NCBI RefSeq assembly: GCF_006345805.1
Contig: NC_043011.1
Coordinates: 18,612,464 to 18,676,463 of the forward strand
Origin: Octopus sinensis
Taxonomy: Eukaryota
DNA: 64,000 bases
Reading direction: 5' to 3'
Shown here piece by piece: positions 39,331 through 52,700 of this stretch. Within the stretch, counting starts at the first letter, position 1. Every line of letters starts with the position of its first letter. The position numbers and the translations under genes are program-made. The notes beneath the pieces were generated by a model. It saw nothing but the letters and a program-made list of their open reading frames with translations. It was not told the origin of the DNA and searched no databases.

Positions 39331-39430
39331 GTGACATTATATTTATATATGTGTGTGTGTGTCTGTTAGTGTTTGTGTGTGTGCTTGAGTGAGTATGTGC
39401 ATATGTATATGAGATGTGATTCTTTTAGTT
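39046..39430. repeat. About 385-bp near-perfect palindrome (fold-back duplication)
   Basis: Arms mirror around about 39224, including the unique flanks AACTAAAAGAATCACATCTC / GAGATGTGATTCTTTTAGTT. Confidence 0.9.
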
Positions 39431-39559
39431 TCCGTCAACTTAATCTGTTTTGAAGGATTTGGTCAATATTGATCTATAGACAACGCTTGCCCAATGTGCC
39501 ACACAGTAGGACTGATTCCGAAAGTATGTGGTTGGGATTGATCTGAATGAATATATATT

Positions 39560-39975
39560 ACTTACTACCCACAAGGGACTAAACATAGAGGAGACAAACA
39601 AGGACAAACAAACGGATTAAGTCGATTACATCAACCCCAGTGCGTAACTGGTACTTGATTTTTCGACTCCGAAAGGATGAAAGGCAAAGTCGACTTCGGC
39701 GGAATTTGAACTCAGAATGTAACGGCAGACGAAATACGAGATCTGAATGAATATATCATTCTAATGCGGCGTGGTAGCAGAATCATTAATCTGCCGGGCA
39801 AAATGCTTACCGGCATTTCATCAATTTTTACGGTCAGCGTTCAAATGTTGCCGCGGTAGACTTTGATTTCATCATTTTGCAGTTGAGGAAATAAGTACCA
39901 GTTGAGTACTGGGGTCAAAATAATCAAATTGCCCGTCACTGAAATTGCTAGCCTTGTGTGAAAATTTGAAGCCAA
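39560..39975. mobile_element. Two OR/OK-type SINE copies in opposite orientation
   Basis: 39560-39740 matches 22185-22370 (minus strand). 39765-39975 is a plus-strand copy (GCGGCGTGGTAGCAGAATC...AAGTACCAGTTGAGTACTGGGGTC). Confidence 0.75.
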
Positions 39976-41131
39976 TATTAATCTCATGTTGGATATCTTG
40001 ATACAGCCTTTTCATTTGCATTTTAGTAAATTAATTCATTATTTACTTTCTTGTTATGACGACAGCTTTGTCTCTGTTGTGTGGACGCCCCCAGACGATG
40101 AAGTAGGCTAGCCCAAAACGTAGATATAGAGGGAAACGTCTAGACGTCGGTAGGGGAAAGAGTAGCAGTCGTAACGAGAGAAGAGTTGAGTGGGAGGCAT
40201 CCGAACGTGCGATATAACAGTTTCATTCAGTTCATCACTGTTTGATTTTTCTATTTGCTTAGTTTTCAAAAAAATCTACCTATTTCTTTTAAGCATTATT
40301 TGTATATATCCATAACCTTGAGTATAAGTGTGTATCTGATGTTTAATGGTTTTAAGTGCGTCAGGTGTACAGAACGAATTCACAATTTTAGCAAACTGTA
40401 TTGCTAAAGCCAGCATGAATCAGTAAAAGATCGAACGGAAACGAAACCATGGAATTTTATATCGAAATTAGCACATTTCTCTGATGGCTGTTCAAAACAT
40501 GTTTACTTAATGTGCTAAAAGTATTTCGCTTACAGGATCATATAAATAAACCCCGATGTAGTGGGTCAGTAGCAGATAACAAAAAAAAGCATTGACAAAA
40601 GTCAACAGTACAAACAAGAAATGCATCCATAACAGCAAATACATTATTGTTGATAACAAAATCAATAGTGAGAAAATTATAAGGACGTCTTGCTGAATTT
40701 TCTACACGGGGCCGTTCCATGTATGCCATAAAATATTTGAAGCACGTGGCTTACAATACAGTCGGAGAAGGACAATTATTTTTAAACATTGTATTAGCAG
40801 CTCAACTTAATCGACATCAGTAACAATTGTCGACAACTATGCATTCCTTCCAAGCAATCCAGCTTGAATTTTCTTTCGATTTTTTTCTAAATGTTTTCTC
40901 AGGAAGTGTTACTAAGATATATCTGATCTAAACTTAAAAAACTCAGTTATCAAAAACAAAAACAGTTTTGTTTCAATTGTTTGTAATATGGCACTGACGA
41001 ATTGTCTGTTTTCATTTGTTTCGTAGCCAAGACATTGCTGCAGATATGATGGTGTACAATATCGGATTCAAAGTAATACTGAGAAACCGTTCACTTCATA
41101 GGCTTTCAAACAATTAAAGTTTATTCCTTGC

Positions 41132-41177
<46 letters not shown>

Positions 41178-41189
41178 CACACACACACA

Positions 41190-41263
<74 letters not shown>

Positions 41264-41530
41264 ATCGTTACTATTGTGTTAAAATGTCGTATGTAGAAAT
41301 TTGGCAAATGTGATTTTTTTTCAATGTCTACTTTTGCTATTAATAGCCGGTGCTTTTAGTCAAACTATCGTATCTCCAGCTGCTTCAGATATCAAGATAT
41401 CAAAGATTGTCACAGTTTAGAACAATGCTTTTCGTAAGGAATGGTGAAAATATTTATTCGTTTTCTTAAATAGCAACGTTTTGGACCTACGACAATTTTT
41501 CGTAATAGCAACGGTGTATATATATATATA

Positions 41531-42331
41531 CAGGGTACGATGGGCAAATGCATTGCTGCCACTTTAGACTTCTAATTTCGCGCATGCGCGTTGTTTGATT
41601 TTGTTGGCTACATAATTGTGTACGGTTAGATGGACACTGTGCCTGAGAAAAAACAACACCACGACGCAATTTCAAAATGGCATGCTGTACTGCTTGCCAA
41701 TCTCCGGAAATGCACCGAGTGTGAGGAAAATCAAACATCCTATAAACATCATGAAGTTTGGAGTGATTACAAGTGATAGCGACGTCTTGCCTCCATTCAT
41801 CTTCCCACACGGCCTCACACTCAACACAGAGGCCTACATCAAGTGCCTGAGGGTGGTACTGCTGTCCTGGTTCAAAAGGTGGCTGCTGGAAGAACCTGTG
41901 TCTGGCAACACGACTCTGCACCATGCCACACAAGAAGGAGAATCCAGTCAAAGCTGTCAGAAAAATTCTGCGACCACCGTACCTGTAACATTTGGGTACC
42001 TAACACCCCTGACTGCAATCCCATTGATTATTATGTGGGGCGCAGTTTAGCGAGATACCCACAGAACTCCTTGTAACGGCAAATATGAACTGTAGGCAAG
42101 TATTATGGGAGCATTTACCAACTTAAAAAAGGATAATTTTCAGAAAAGCTGCAGGAGAGCTCGAACTAGCCTGGATGTTGTGGTTGAAGACTAAGGCGAT
42201 ATTATGAAAAAAATTACTCTTTATTATTTGAAGACGCATTTATGTAGTTTTGGAAAACACATCTCTTAAAATGAAATGTCAGTTTTTTCATTGTTGCGTA
42301 ATTCAGACGACAATATATTCACCACCGCCTG
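41531..42331 (+). mobile_element. Tc1/mariner maT (DD37D-like) deletion derivative
   Basis: KHPINIMKFGVITSDSDVLPPFIFPHGL, VWQHDSAPCH, WVPNTPDCNPIDYYV; bounded by TA-CAGG...CCTG-TA. Confidence 0.85.
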
Positions 42332-43679
42332 TATATTTGCGTGTGTATGTGTACGTATGCTTGTGTGCGTATGTGTGTGAGCTTGCGCCCGAATTTGTGT
42401 GTTTATGCATGTATGTATGTATATTTGGTTGAGCATTACCACCCGCATTGCCAGCCGTTGTATAAATATTTATTAAATATATGAAAGTGACCGATGATGA
42501 AAATTAAGCAACACATTATTATTATTTGTAAAGTTTGATTTTATTGCTTCTATTACTGTCAGCAATTGTTGTGGCTACGGCTGTCGGTGGTGTTATTGTA
42601 GATGGTGCCGTTGTTTTCGTTGTTGTTCAAGTTGAGGCGGCTGTTGTTATTTAATGTTTCTGTTGATATCCACATCTGACGTTTTATGATGTGGTTTATT
42701 TATACGTCCCTCAAAGCCAAATTACTTTAGTGCATTTCATAATGTTAAATTCATTTATCATATCGGAAAGCTTGGAATCTAGCCATAAAGAACATTTTGG
42801 ACTTTCATTAAAAACAGGTTTAGTATTTATTAAGGTAATGTTCGTTCGACTTTCTAATGTCCACATATAGACAAGGAAATCAGTATGGAAGTTCAAAACC
42901 ACGCCTCACACAAATAATATTGACAACGCCCTCTGTATTACATTTCATGAATATAATAGAATAAAAGATAATAGTAAATGAATTGCACATTAAGCGTTAA
43001 TATTGATCACGTGTATTTAGAAAACGAACAAAAATATTAATTGGAGAACCTCGACTGTAAATGTTGGAAAACCAACAATAGCACTGGCAGACGATATGCT
43101 TGACAAAGGAAAAAATAATGCGGTTATTTCTCCTCGTAAAAGAATATTTTTCTACTGTAATACACAGGATGATGTATATGAATCTACTTGTTTTCCTGTA
43201 GGGGAAGGCAATTCTAGGAAGATATTTTTCACTGAAACACTATCACATTAATGGCTTGCTACACCAATGAGAAAAAAAAATCAGCTCTGTTTTCTAAATT
43301 TCAGGGGAATGTCCAAATGCCCCAAAAATGATAGCTGAAAGGAATGCTTTCTGATAAGTTGGAGAAGCGCAGAACATACTGATGCATAACACTAACAACG
43401 CCTAGGGATTGATTATATCTAAAAACATGATATTGAGGCAAAGATGAGCAATATAATAGTGACCCAGTTTTGGGAGTAAAAAATGCAAAGGATTTAATAC
43501 GTGGTACTCGCAGTTTTGTGGTTATGATTTGTCCCATTTTTATCGCTGTCTTTGTGTAGGATGAAGCTACCTTTTATATATGAAAATATGGGGTCAATAG
43601 GCGCCAGTAAAAATATATTGTCAGAAGGTACCCCTGTTCATCGTGACTTTGAATTCATAACGAACTCTGAAAATATCAG

Positions 43680-44200
43680 ACCAATCCAAAACTGTATTCA
43701 GCTAAGGTAACTAAAGATGGGTAGGATGCATGCGGTTCCCAAAAGGGCTTCTCTAGACAACCTGTGGAATAAGGTTTATTTAACCGCTTTTTATCATAGA
43801 ATCTTTAAAAAGTTTTTAAAAAACACAAGAACTAAAGAGTAGTGAATAAGAAACTAGCAACATTTATCATCATCCATCCGTAGACAAGGTATCCTATTTC
43901 TCGAAATAGCGATTAAAGCTATCTCTTGCTTATTATCTGATATCATAGACCAGGTAGTGTATCTCCCTTTCACAACTGAAAGCACCATGTGGTAGCGAAG
44001 TTTAGGAGTTGTAATTAAATCAATATTTTGACTATGTTGCATACGGCACGAAATGCGAAGAGCTGAAAATGTGTCTCATTCCCCGAGGAGATCCTCTCCA
44101 GAACAGCTAAGACATACAAAGTGAAGACGGACGCTGGACATACTCACAAGTTACAGCGACGTATGGCTGAATTATTCCATGATGAACTTTATAAATTTAC
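43680..44200 (+). mobile_element. Highly decayed LINE RT fragment
   Basis: Traces of NKKLATFI and RPGSVSPF, resembling ...ATFIDF and RQGCVLSP. Confidence 0.35.
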
Positions 44201-45078
44201 GCTGATGGCGAATTCTAACTAGAGGAATATTTTGTCGAATAGAAGAGATATAATCGTACACTTGTCAGATGAATATAAACTATTGAAAAGTCTTCTATAA
44301 CCATTATAATCTAATGTACATTAATGTATTTATTGAAGCTCAAAATAATAATGATCGAGTTCATTTGGAACCAAAAACAGTGCAAATATGTGTAGATGAG
44401 CAAATAGTGGAAAGAAAATAGCTAGTGAATTCTCCAGAAAAATTATACCTTGGTTGGTTTTAGTAACTGTGTGTATTATACAATCTTATAGTTTAGTATA
44501 TATAAACTATGGCTGAATTTGAGTAATTGTTAACATTATTTACTTTAAGTTAAAGATAGATTTCGTTTAGGTTTAACCGCCTATTTTTATAAACATCAAG
44601 TAGCTACTTAACTCGATTTGTGATCGTGAGTGCACTAAACCACACGTATGCTAATGCTTACAAGTTCTCGGATGCTTGTATCAGTGACTGTACACGCACC
44701 ATGCAGCCTGCGCGAGGGCGTTTATACATCCCTATATGCTAATGTTTATTTTTAACACTTATCTTTCTGTGTTGCGCGTTCGTGTCATTTTTGCATCTAT
44801 GATTTTATTTTTTTAATCTTCTGTATAAATGAAGATATTGCCTTCGTTTTGTTGCTTTTCTCTCTACAAAATGAGAAGTTACATTGCTTGAGGAAATGTT
44901 ATTTTAACGAGTTGTAGCTATTTATCACCCGATTAGACACATCGGCCCCTATGGGCGCTCTTGAACCAGTTGATAAATGTTTCGCCCGTGAGGTATTGAT
45001 GCTGGAAGTGTCAAAACAATTGTCATGATTAATAAAAAAAGAAGTTTCGCATATTCCATATTCCGTCTTATATTTAGC

Positions 45079-45132
<54 letters not shown>

Positions 45133-46217
45133 ATATATATGTATATATTTATATATAGAGACATGTGCATATACCTGAGTATGTTTGTACATATTAATGT
45201 ATATAAATACATATTGAAATGGTACGGAAAGTAAAGAAACGAAGTATTAACTCTACAATGAATAAATACTATAAACGAAAAGAAATATGCTCAATTGTTC
45301 GTCAGTTGTCGGCTAAATATCACCATCGTTTCGACGTATATATTTAATTAAATATTGTTTTTCATAAGGCAATTTATTGTCTGAGCTTGTATATTTTGTA
45401 TATTCATTTTATATCACGTTTTTAAACGTGCTGTGAATAAATAATATACATTTGATTTTTCACAATTTCACAATAGAATTTTTCGTACCTTAGGAACAAA
45501 AATTATTTCAGGAAGAAAAACTAAGTAGAATTGAACAAAAATGAGATATCTCAATTGTTTGCTTCTTGTAAATATAATTTGTTGAATTTCTATATATTTA
45601 TTGCAAATATTTATTATTCCTTCTTATTATTTATGGATACCAATTCTTATCGAATGATTTCCATAAAAAAACATATACAAAAGCTTATCAGAATATCATA
45701 ATATGCTTGCTAATATTAATGTTTTATAAGTATATATTTGGTAAACTAGAAGTGTTTGTGCGTTTTTCGTGTTAATGTTTGTGTGTATCAAGTATCTAGT
45801 AGACATATTTTGAAATAGAATGAAAATGTTTTATGCTTAAAATGCTTAACTGCCATAAACTCTCAAACTAAAACAGGCGAGCATAAATACACACAAACAA
45901 ATCTTGGATACGGATGTATTGAGATAGACACTCGTTTAAGTATTCGCTTAAGTGTGCCAATAAACACATGGCTGTATGCATATATGTGTGGTACGGAGAA
46001 TCTTATGTTTTCCATGTATACATATCCATTTCACAATTCGCTTTTCTATCACTTCGCAACGTAAAAATAAAAGTGCACTTTATTATATTTATCGTAGATT
46101 TTAACTCAAATTATTTGCAAATTTGCAAGTTATGAAATATTTTTCATAAGGTTTGTGCCTGTATCTATCTATTATTCTGTCCCTCTCACAAGTACCTGAA
46201 TAGATAATTCACAAGCG

Positions 46218-46277
<60 letters not shown>

Positions 46278-46280
<3 letters not shown>

Positions 46281-46990
46281 GAAAGAATGGAGTTGAACGA
46301 CGATTTAACAAAATTCCTTTATTCTCGACATATGTTTCGAAGGCTGCATATTCCTAATTACGAAGGAATAAGGGGTGCATTATGCCTCAAATTCAATGAG
46401 GTATGTTTTACCTTTGTCTCTCTACCTCACCCTCCTCTCCCTCTCTTTCCTACTCTCTATCGTAAGCACAATCAAACACACAGACACAAACCTGTCACTT
46501 CACCACTCTTTGTTTTTGGCATCTACCCAACCACATACACAATCACGCACACACATACACACACATAGACACGAATGCAGTTATAAACATACACACACAT
46601 AGGCACTCAATCACAAAAGAAAACAACAACAAATCACCATTCATATGACTTGCATCCTGTCACCTTCCTATTCTTAGACCGCTCTCCTCCAACCTAGTTT
46701 GAACCCTTGAACTTTCTAGAATCTTCTACATTCAATCATTTTTGACGTCACTGCTTATAACGGAATATTTTAAAGAAACACTCATTATCGCTATGGGCTC
46801 CGTGTGGGCAGTCATCTAAAAGTTTTTGTTCATCTTGATGCTGACATAAGTTCCTTGTTTTTCCTGATGAGAAGGCGGCATAATGCACCCCTTATTCCTT
46901 CGTAATTAGGAATATGCAGCCTTCGAAACATATGTAGAGAATAAAGGAATTTTGTTAAATCGTCGTTCAACTCCATTCTTTCATTTATTT
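46278..46990 (+). mobile_element. ORF-less hammerhead element with about 113-bp inverted partial copy at its 5' end
   Basis: 46278-46387 is the reverse complement of about 46877-46986 (one substitution seen). The left arm starts at a (TA)n tract. Sequence downstream of the hammerhead is homologous to 255-300. Confidence 0.85.
46851..46949 (+). ncRNA. Type I hammerhead ribozyme, canonical core (predicted cleavage GUA 46936/46937)
   Basis: CTGATGA 46864-46870. Stem II GAAGGC/GCCTTC plus GCAT/ATGC. GAAA 46925-46928, palindromic stem III ACATATGT. Stem I is 13 nt with a 2x2 internal loop. Confidence 0.9.
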
Positions 46991-47154
46991 GAATTAAAAA
47001 AAACTCACAAATTTCCACACGAAAGCACGTGATCTCTGCCCTTGGCATGTAGCTTCAAACGTGTTTTTCTGACGTGAATTTGCTACCCAGGTATCGGTTA
47101 ACCGAATTATCCATACTAAGATAATTCATTCAACTACTTAAATATATATATATC

Positions 47155-47187
<33 letters not shown>

Positions 47188-47314
47188 ATGTATGTATATA
47201 TATATACACACATATATATATATACACACACACACATATAAATATATATACATATATATATATACATGTATATATATATATACACACACACACACACGCA
47301 TATATATATATATA

Positions 47315-47540
47315 TACTTCAGAGACGAATACAATGTACCTTCAAAAACAGATAGGATATCTGACTCACTAGAAAGAGCAGTTAAACTCCAAGCCACTAA
47401 TTGCTGTAATTCCGAAAGTGATTGAAAAATATAAACTTTTACTTTAATCCTAGACATGCAAGGTTTCTGCAGACTTAAATGCAGATTGAAATACAATAAT
47501 TTCAATCTACATCTGGCGCTACGTCTTCAGTAGGTGGCCA
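47315..47540 (-). mobile_element. Hammerhead-like element related to 18885-19709
   Basis: Shares CTAGAAAGAGCAGT (47369-47382 vs 18945-18958), CCACTAATT and the CCTA...GTC|TAGG frame; the 3' end abuts (TA)n. Confidence 0.65.
47449..47534 (-). ncRNA. Hammerhead-like motif with a 16-bp hairpin inserted in stem II
   Basis: CCTA-CTGAAGA-C-GTAG...CTGC-A-GAAA-CCTTGCAT-GTC|TAGG. Confidence 0.6.
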
Positions 47541-47639
47541 GGACTGAACACATAGACACGGAGCTCTGTTTGGTCGTTTTTCTTTGTGGCATATAAGTAT
47601 ATATGAATTAATATATTAGATTATTTAAATAGACAAGGC

Positions 47640-48062
47640 TCAGGAGTGATTGTGTGGAAATGTGGTTAGAAACTTACTTCCCAAGCACATGCTTCCGGGT
47701 TCAGTCCCACTGTGTGGTATCTTTGGCAAGTTTGTGTTACTTGAGCCTCGAACAAACCAAAGCTTTGTGAGTGGATTTGGTAGGCGGAATCTTCAAGAAT
47801 CCCGTCGTATATATATATAAATTTGTGTGTGCGTGTGTGTGTGTATGTTTGTGTCTGTATCCCACCACCATCGCTTAACAACAGATGTTTGAAGGCTCAC
47901 GTCCACGTAACCTAGCGGTTAGGCAGAAGCGGGTGATAAATTAAGTACTAGGCTTACAAATAATAAGTTGTAGGGGCAATTTTTTCGATTAAAACTCTTT
48001 AAGACGGTGCTCTAACGTGGCCACAGTCAGATGGCTGAAACAAGTAAAAAAAATAAAAGAAT
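47640..48062 (+). mobile_element. Near full-length tRNA-derived SINE
   Basis: Head as at 34770; tail CATCGCTTAACAACAGATG...GCTGAAACAAG. Confidence 0.8.
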
Positions 48063-49039
48063 ATTTCCGTACGTGGCTTTTATTCTTCAAAATGAATAAT
48101 TTTCAATATCATAGCCGCCGAGCTCGTTCTTATGTGCATATGCTCAACCAAATGCACTTGAGATTGATTTTAGAAGCACTAATGAAGATATTAGATAATG
48201 CACTGGCAGTAAGATCAAGATGCACTGCATCTTATATTAGAAAGCACTGGACGCTAATATAATTCATTATATAATATCCTATTCCCTTTCAATCTAATTA
48301 ATTTCATATGTCTGTGTGCTATCGGGTGCGAGTGTGTGTGTACTTTGTGATTGTTCCTACATCATCTCTTGAGAAACGATTTTAGTTAGCATAAATCCCG
48401 GCAACATAACCACTTGAAAGTGACACACGATAAAAGAAGTACTTGATGTTAAAGTGTAGTTACTAAGGCGTCTATTTCGCGCGCAAAACGTGTGAAGGAT
48501 AGATGGATCATGGCCGCCATCCATTGCTCGAATAGTTTTTTTATTATACACAACACAAGGGGAACACCTTCACCACGACGAATATTATTATTACTGCGGC
48601 TAGTTATTCGACTGCTGCAGCGATTCCCAAGAAAACAAGTATTGACCATAGTATTTAATTTACTAAAACAGATAGTAGCAAATTGCGGTGACTGTTAGTT
48701 CAGCTTGTCATGCTACCAAATCTCACTGTTATTACCACGTGCCCTGCAGGAAAAATCAAACTAAACTACGAATGTTAACCTTTATTTCAAATTTAATTTA
48801 ACTTTATTAATAGCTCTTTTCTCTCTACATATTCCATTTTAGTACATATTTTTGATAAGGTTTTTTAAAAACCGAAACATGTAAAAGCATTAATATAAAA
48901 GGAAAATTAAAATGTACCCAATTTTAAGTAAGTAGCGTTTTCTTTCTTGTTTTTCATAAATATACATACATACATATATACATATATTTATATTTACACA
49001 CACACACATACACACACACACATACACACACACACACAT

Positions 49040-49091
<52 letters not shown>

Positions 49092-50412
49092 TATATATAT
49101 TTACACACACACACTCATATATATATATATATATATATATATTAATTCAAATCTGTTCCACATTTGATACCAACTTGATTCATCTGATGAGTAGTCTATT
49201 TATGGGATTGCTTATACCAAATAATCATATGCGTTCCATATCGCTCGATGTGGTGAGCTATAATCCTTGATGATAATTTTGATTATGATAAAAATGTACA
49301 TGAATAATACTTTTTATATCTACGAAGGAACATTTTATTATATACAGTAATCGTTTAATAAAACGTGTTCAAATACTACAAGTTGAGAAATATACAACAA
49401 AAATATTGAGGTCCTTATGAATAAATTTTGCCACTTTTCGTTAAACTTGCAGCTTATATTATTTAGTAATATTTCTATAACTTAAGTGTATTAAAACAGA
49501 AATAAAATTATAAATAATTAAATAATGAAGATAAATTGGTATCGTATTGTATATGATCATGAAATTTGAAGCATATCTCTAGATACAAAGTACATTCGGT
49601 TTCATATTTCTTTTTCAAGTTATTAGCATTCAGTGAAACTTATTAAACAAATACGTAAACAAGATTTATTAGAACAATTTGAGGAACACTTAGAAAAGAT
49701 ATGTGGCTTCAGGAAATTTAGTTTAAATATGTTTCAAGTACTTTATTGTTTGCTACTGGCTGTTATTAGTGGGGCTTCACCAATATTAATATTAAGTTTT
49801 GAATGAACATTAATTCAATTTTCGTATCAAGTTGTTACTGATAGTTTCATATTAGATTGATATACTTAAATCTCGATAGCTTTATTGGAAAGTTATGGGC
49901 CTTTCCAAATAATTATGAGAAATAAATGTTTAAGTGTCTATCACTTCCTATGAAACGTTGTATACGTTGTCTTCCATTGTCATACGCTCTTTTTATTTTC
50001 TTTCTCTCGATGTTTCCTTTGTCCAATAATATAATTGTATGTCTGTGTAGATTACGTGAAATTTCCTCTTTTCTCAGCTTCTCTCATTAGTTGGTGCTAA
50101 CGCTGGAGCATAAAATATATATATATATATTTTTTCGTTGACCACAGGAAACTCGGTTATAAATTTCTCCTTTTAATCATTTCATTGATATCCTATGTTG
50201 AGTCGATAAATAATTTGGATTAAAGGGCAAAACAAGCGATAAAGACGTATTTCAAATTCTATACGTTCTAAATCTCTCCAACAAGTCAAAACCAAATAGT
50301 TTATGCAACCACGTGGACACATACAGCCTTAGACATATAATCAACTTGACACATACACACAGACACACAGCCAGACATACACAAATGCGTATGCATTCCT
50401 ATTCCTCTCTCT

Positions 50413-50505
<93 letters not shown>

Positions 50506-50639
50506 GTGCAGTGAATAAAGTCTAAATTAAGCGAAAATGAAAATAATAATGGCATCTCATTTTCGTATATACTTTTACTACCAAAATTACATAAAAATAT
50601 CTTGAAACAACACACAGTTAATTTACTCAATAACATCAC

Positions 50640-51110
50640 CATTGGTAACGTGTTTCAGATAACTTCATAATCTCCCATAACCCTTCTGGACGGTTTCCTT
50701 GCTTAATTTGGTGAATGCAACCATAATCCTGTCTTCAGTTTATCTATGTTGTTACAAGGAGTATTGTTGGTCTCACTCTGAATCTGCGGCCCTCACACAA
50801 TAGTCAATGGAGTTGCAGTCTGAGGAATTAGGTGGCCAGATTTTAAGGGTGGTATGGTCGCAGAAATTGTCTTACAGCCATGACGTGGTTCTCCTGCTTG
50901 TGAGGCATTGTGCAGATTCCTGCTGCCAGACATAGCGTCTTCAAGCAGACGCCCTCTTGTCCTAGGGCAACACTATCTCCTCCAACCACTTGATGTAGGT
51001 CTCCCTGTTGAGTGTGGGAAGATGTATGGACTCATAACATCGCCAAACACGATGAAGGCTGGATGTTTAATTTTTATCACTCTCGGTAAATGTTTTGTGG
51101 ATACGGCAGG
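50640..51110 (-). mobile_element. maT/DD37D-like transposase fragment
   Basis: Minus strand encodes KHPAFIVFG, VWQQESAQCLTSRRT and WPPNSSDCNSIDY; same family as 41531-42331. Confidence 0.8.
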
Positions 51111-51196
51111 CTAATGTTTGTTCTCTGTGTTCACTATCAGGTTCTGCAGAAATTTTTCTCATCTTGAAAAACCAAAGCATGTTCGGTTGGAAAGAA

Positions 51197-51818
<622 letters not shown>

Positions 51819-51819
51819 T

Positions 51820-52700
51820 GTCGATGCTTCTTCTTCATCATGGCTGACAAAATTGGACCATAGGTCCTCCATTGTTTATGAAGTGTCAGACGACACAATT
51901 GCTTCCCACAACTGATGTATGGAAGAAGTTAAAAGCCGTTGCTAATGACGTGTAGGCATTTTCTAGAGCTACGCCATATCCAAAAGTTCATTGATGGTGA
52001 GCAAGTGTTGTTACGGTTTGTTTGACGAACTGCAATCATGGATTAGATATCGATGCAGGATGTTGGCACTGAGTGTTTTCTCTTCTGTCTTATTCTAGTT
52101 GGGCAATATGGAGATAGTTAAGCATAGCGTGCAATAGATGGCTAATGGCGTTTAAATGAACAAACGTTCTCTGGGGGAATCCTGGGTGTCATTGAAAAGC
52201 CACTGTTCTATCTTTTCCGGACTACTTTCGAGTTGGGGTCCTTGGATAATACCCAGACATCCGAAGCATGACAGCGCCAACAGAGTCATCCTGATAAATT
52301 TTACTCTCATGGATGTACATACAGTTGCACCTATCCTATATATGTCTTGAGATGCTGGTCGAATGCTCGAGCATTACTACATCAATTACAATGCAAGCTT
52401 CGAGGCAAGTTAATCCCCCTACAATACTTAACTTGAGTCTTATGGGCAAGATTTAATATGTCTTGAAGGAAATAATGCCCTGCAAGTGGGAACACGATAA
52501 CTGTCAAAACGAAATTATTTTTACTGCCGTTTCCAACAGCTGATTTTTGACTCCATCTTCAACAAGAAACATCTGGATGTAACACGCATTTTGAAATAGG
52601 ACAATATTCCCGAATGTTTTGTATACATATCAGTTTATTTTGGGTGACGTGTTTTTTCATACTTGGTTAATTGAAGGTGGGTGGAAGGCAGTGAAGAGAT
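51820..52700 (-). mobile_element. Possible decayed LINE 3' fragment attached to the trinucleotide tract
   Basis: Composition and position next to an (AAT)n-type tail; no clean motif recovered. Confidence 0.3.

Noticed and set aside
40085-40156. Hammerhead-like GAAACGTCTAGACGTC|GGTAGGGG with palindromic stem III
   Set aside because: The upstream core reads ACGATGA and stems I and II do not pair convincingly; at best a dead relic.
48449-48745. Strong minus-strand acceptor (tttttcctgcag) and a 66-aa ORF
   Set aside because: Early stops in all frames after the acceptor; the ORF is unrecognised.
49184-49240. CTGATGAG core-like heptamer
   Set aside because: No downstream GAAA or stems; the same applies to the hits at 25667 and 32975.
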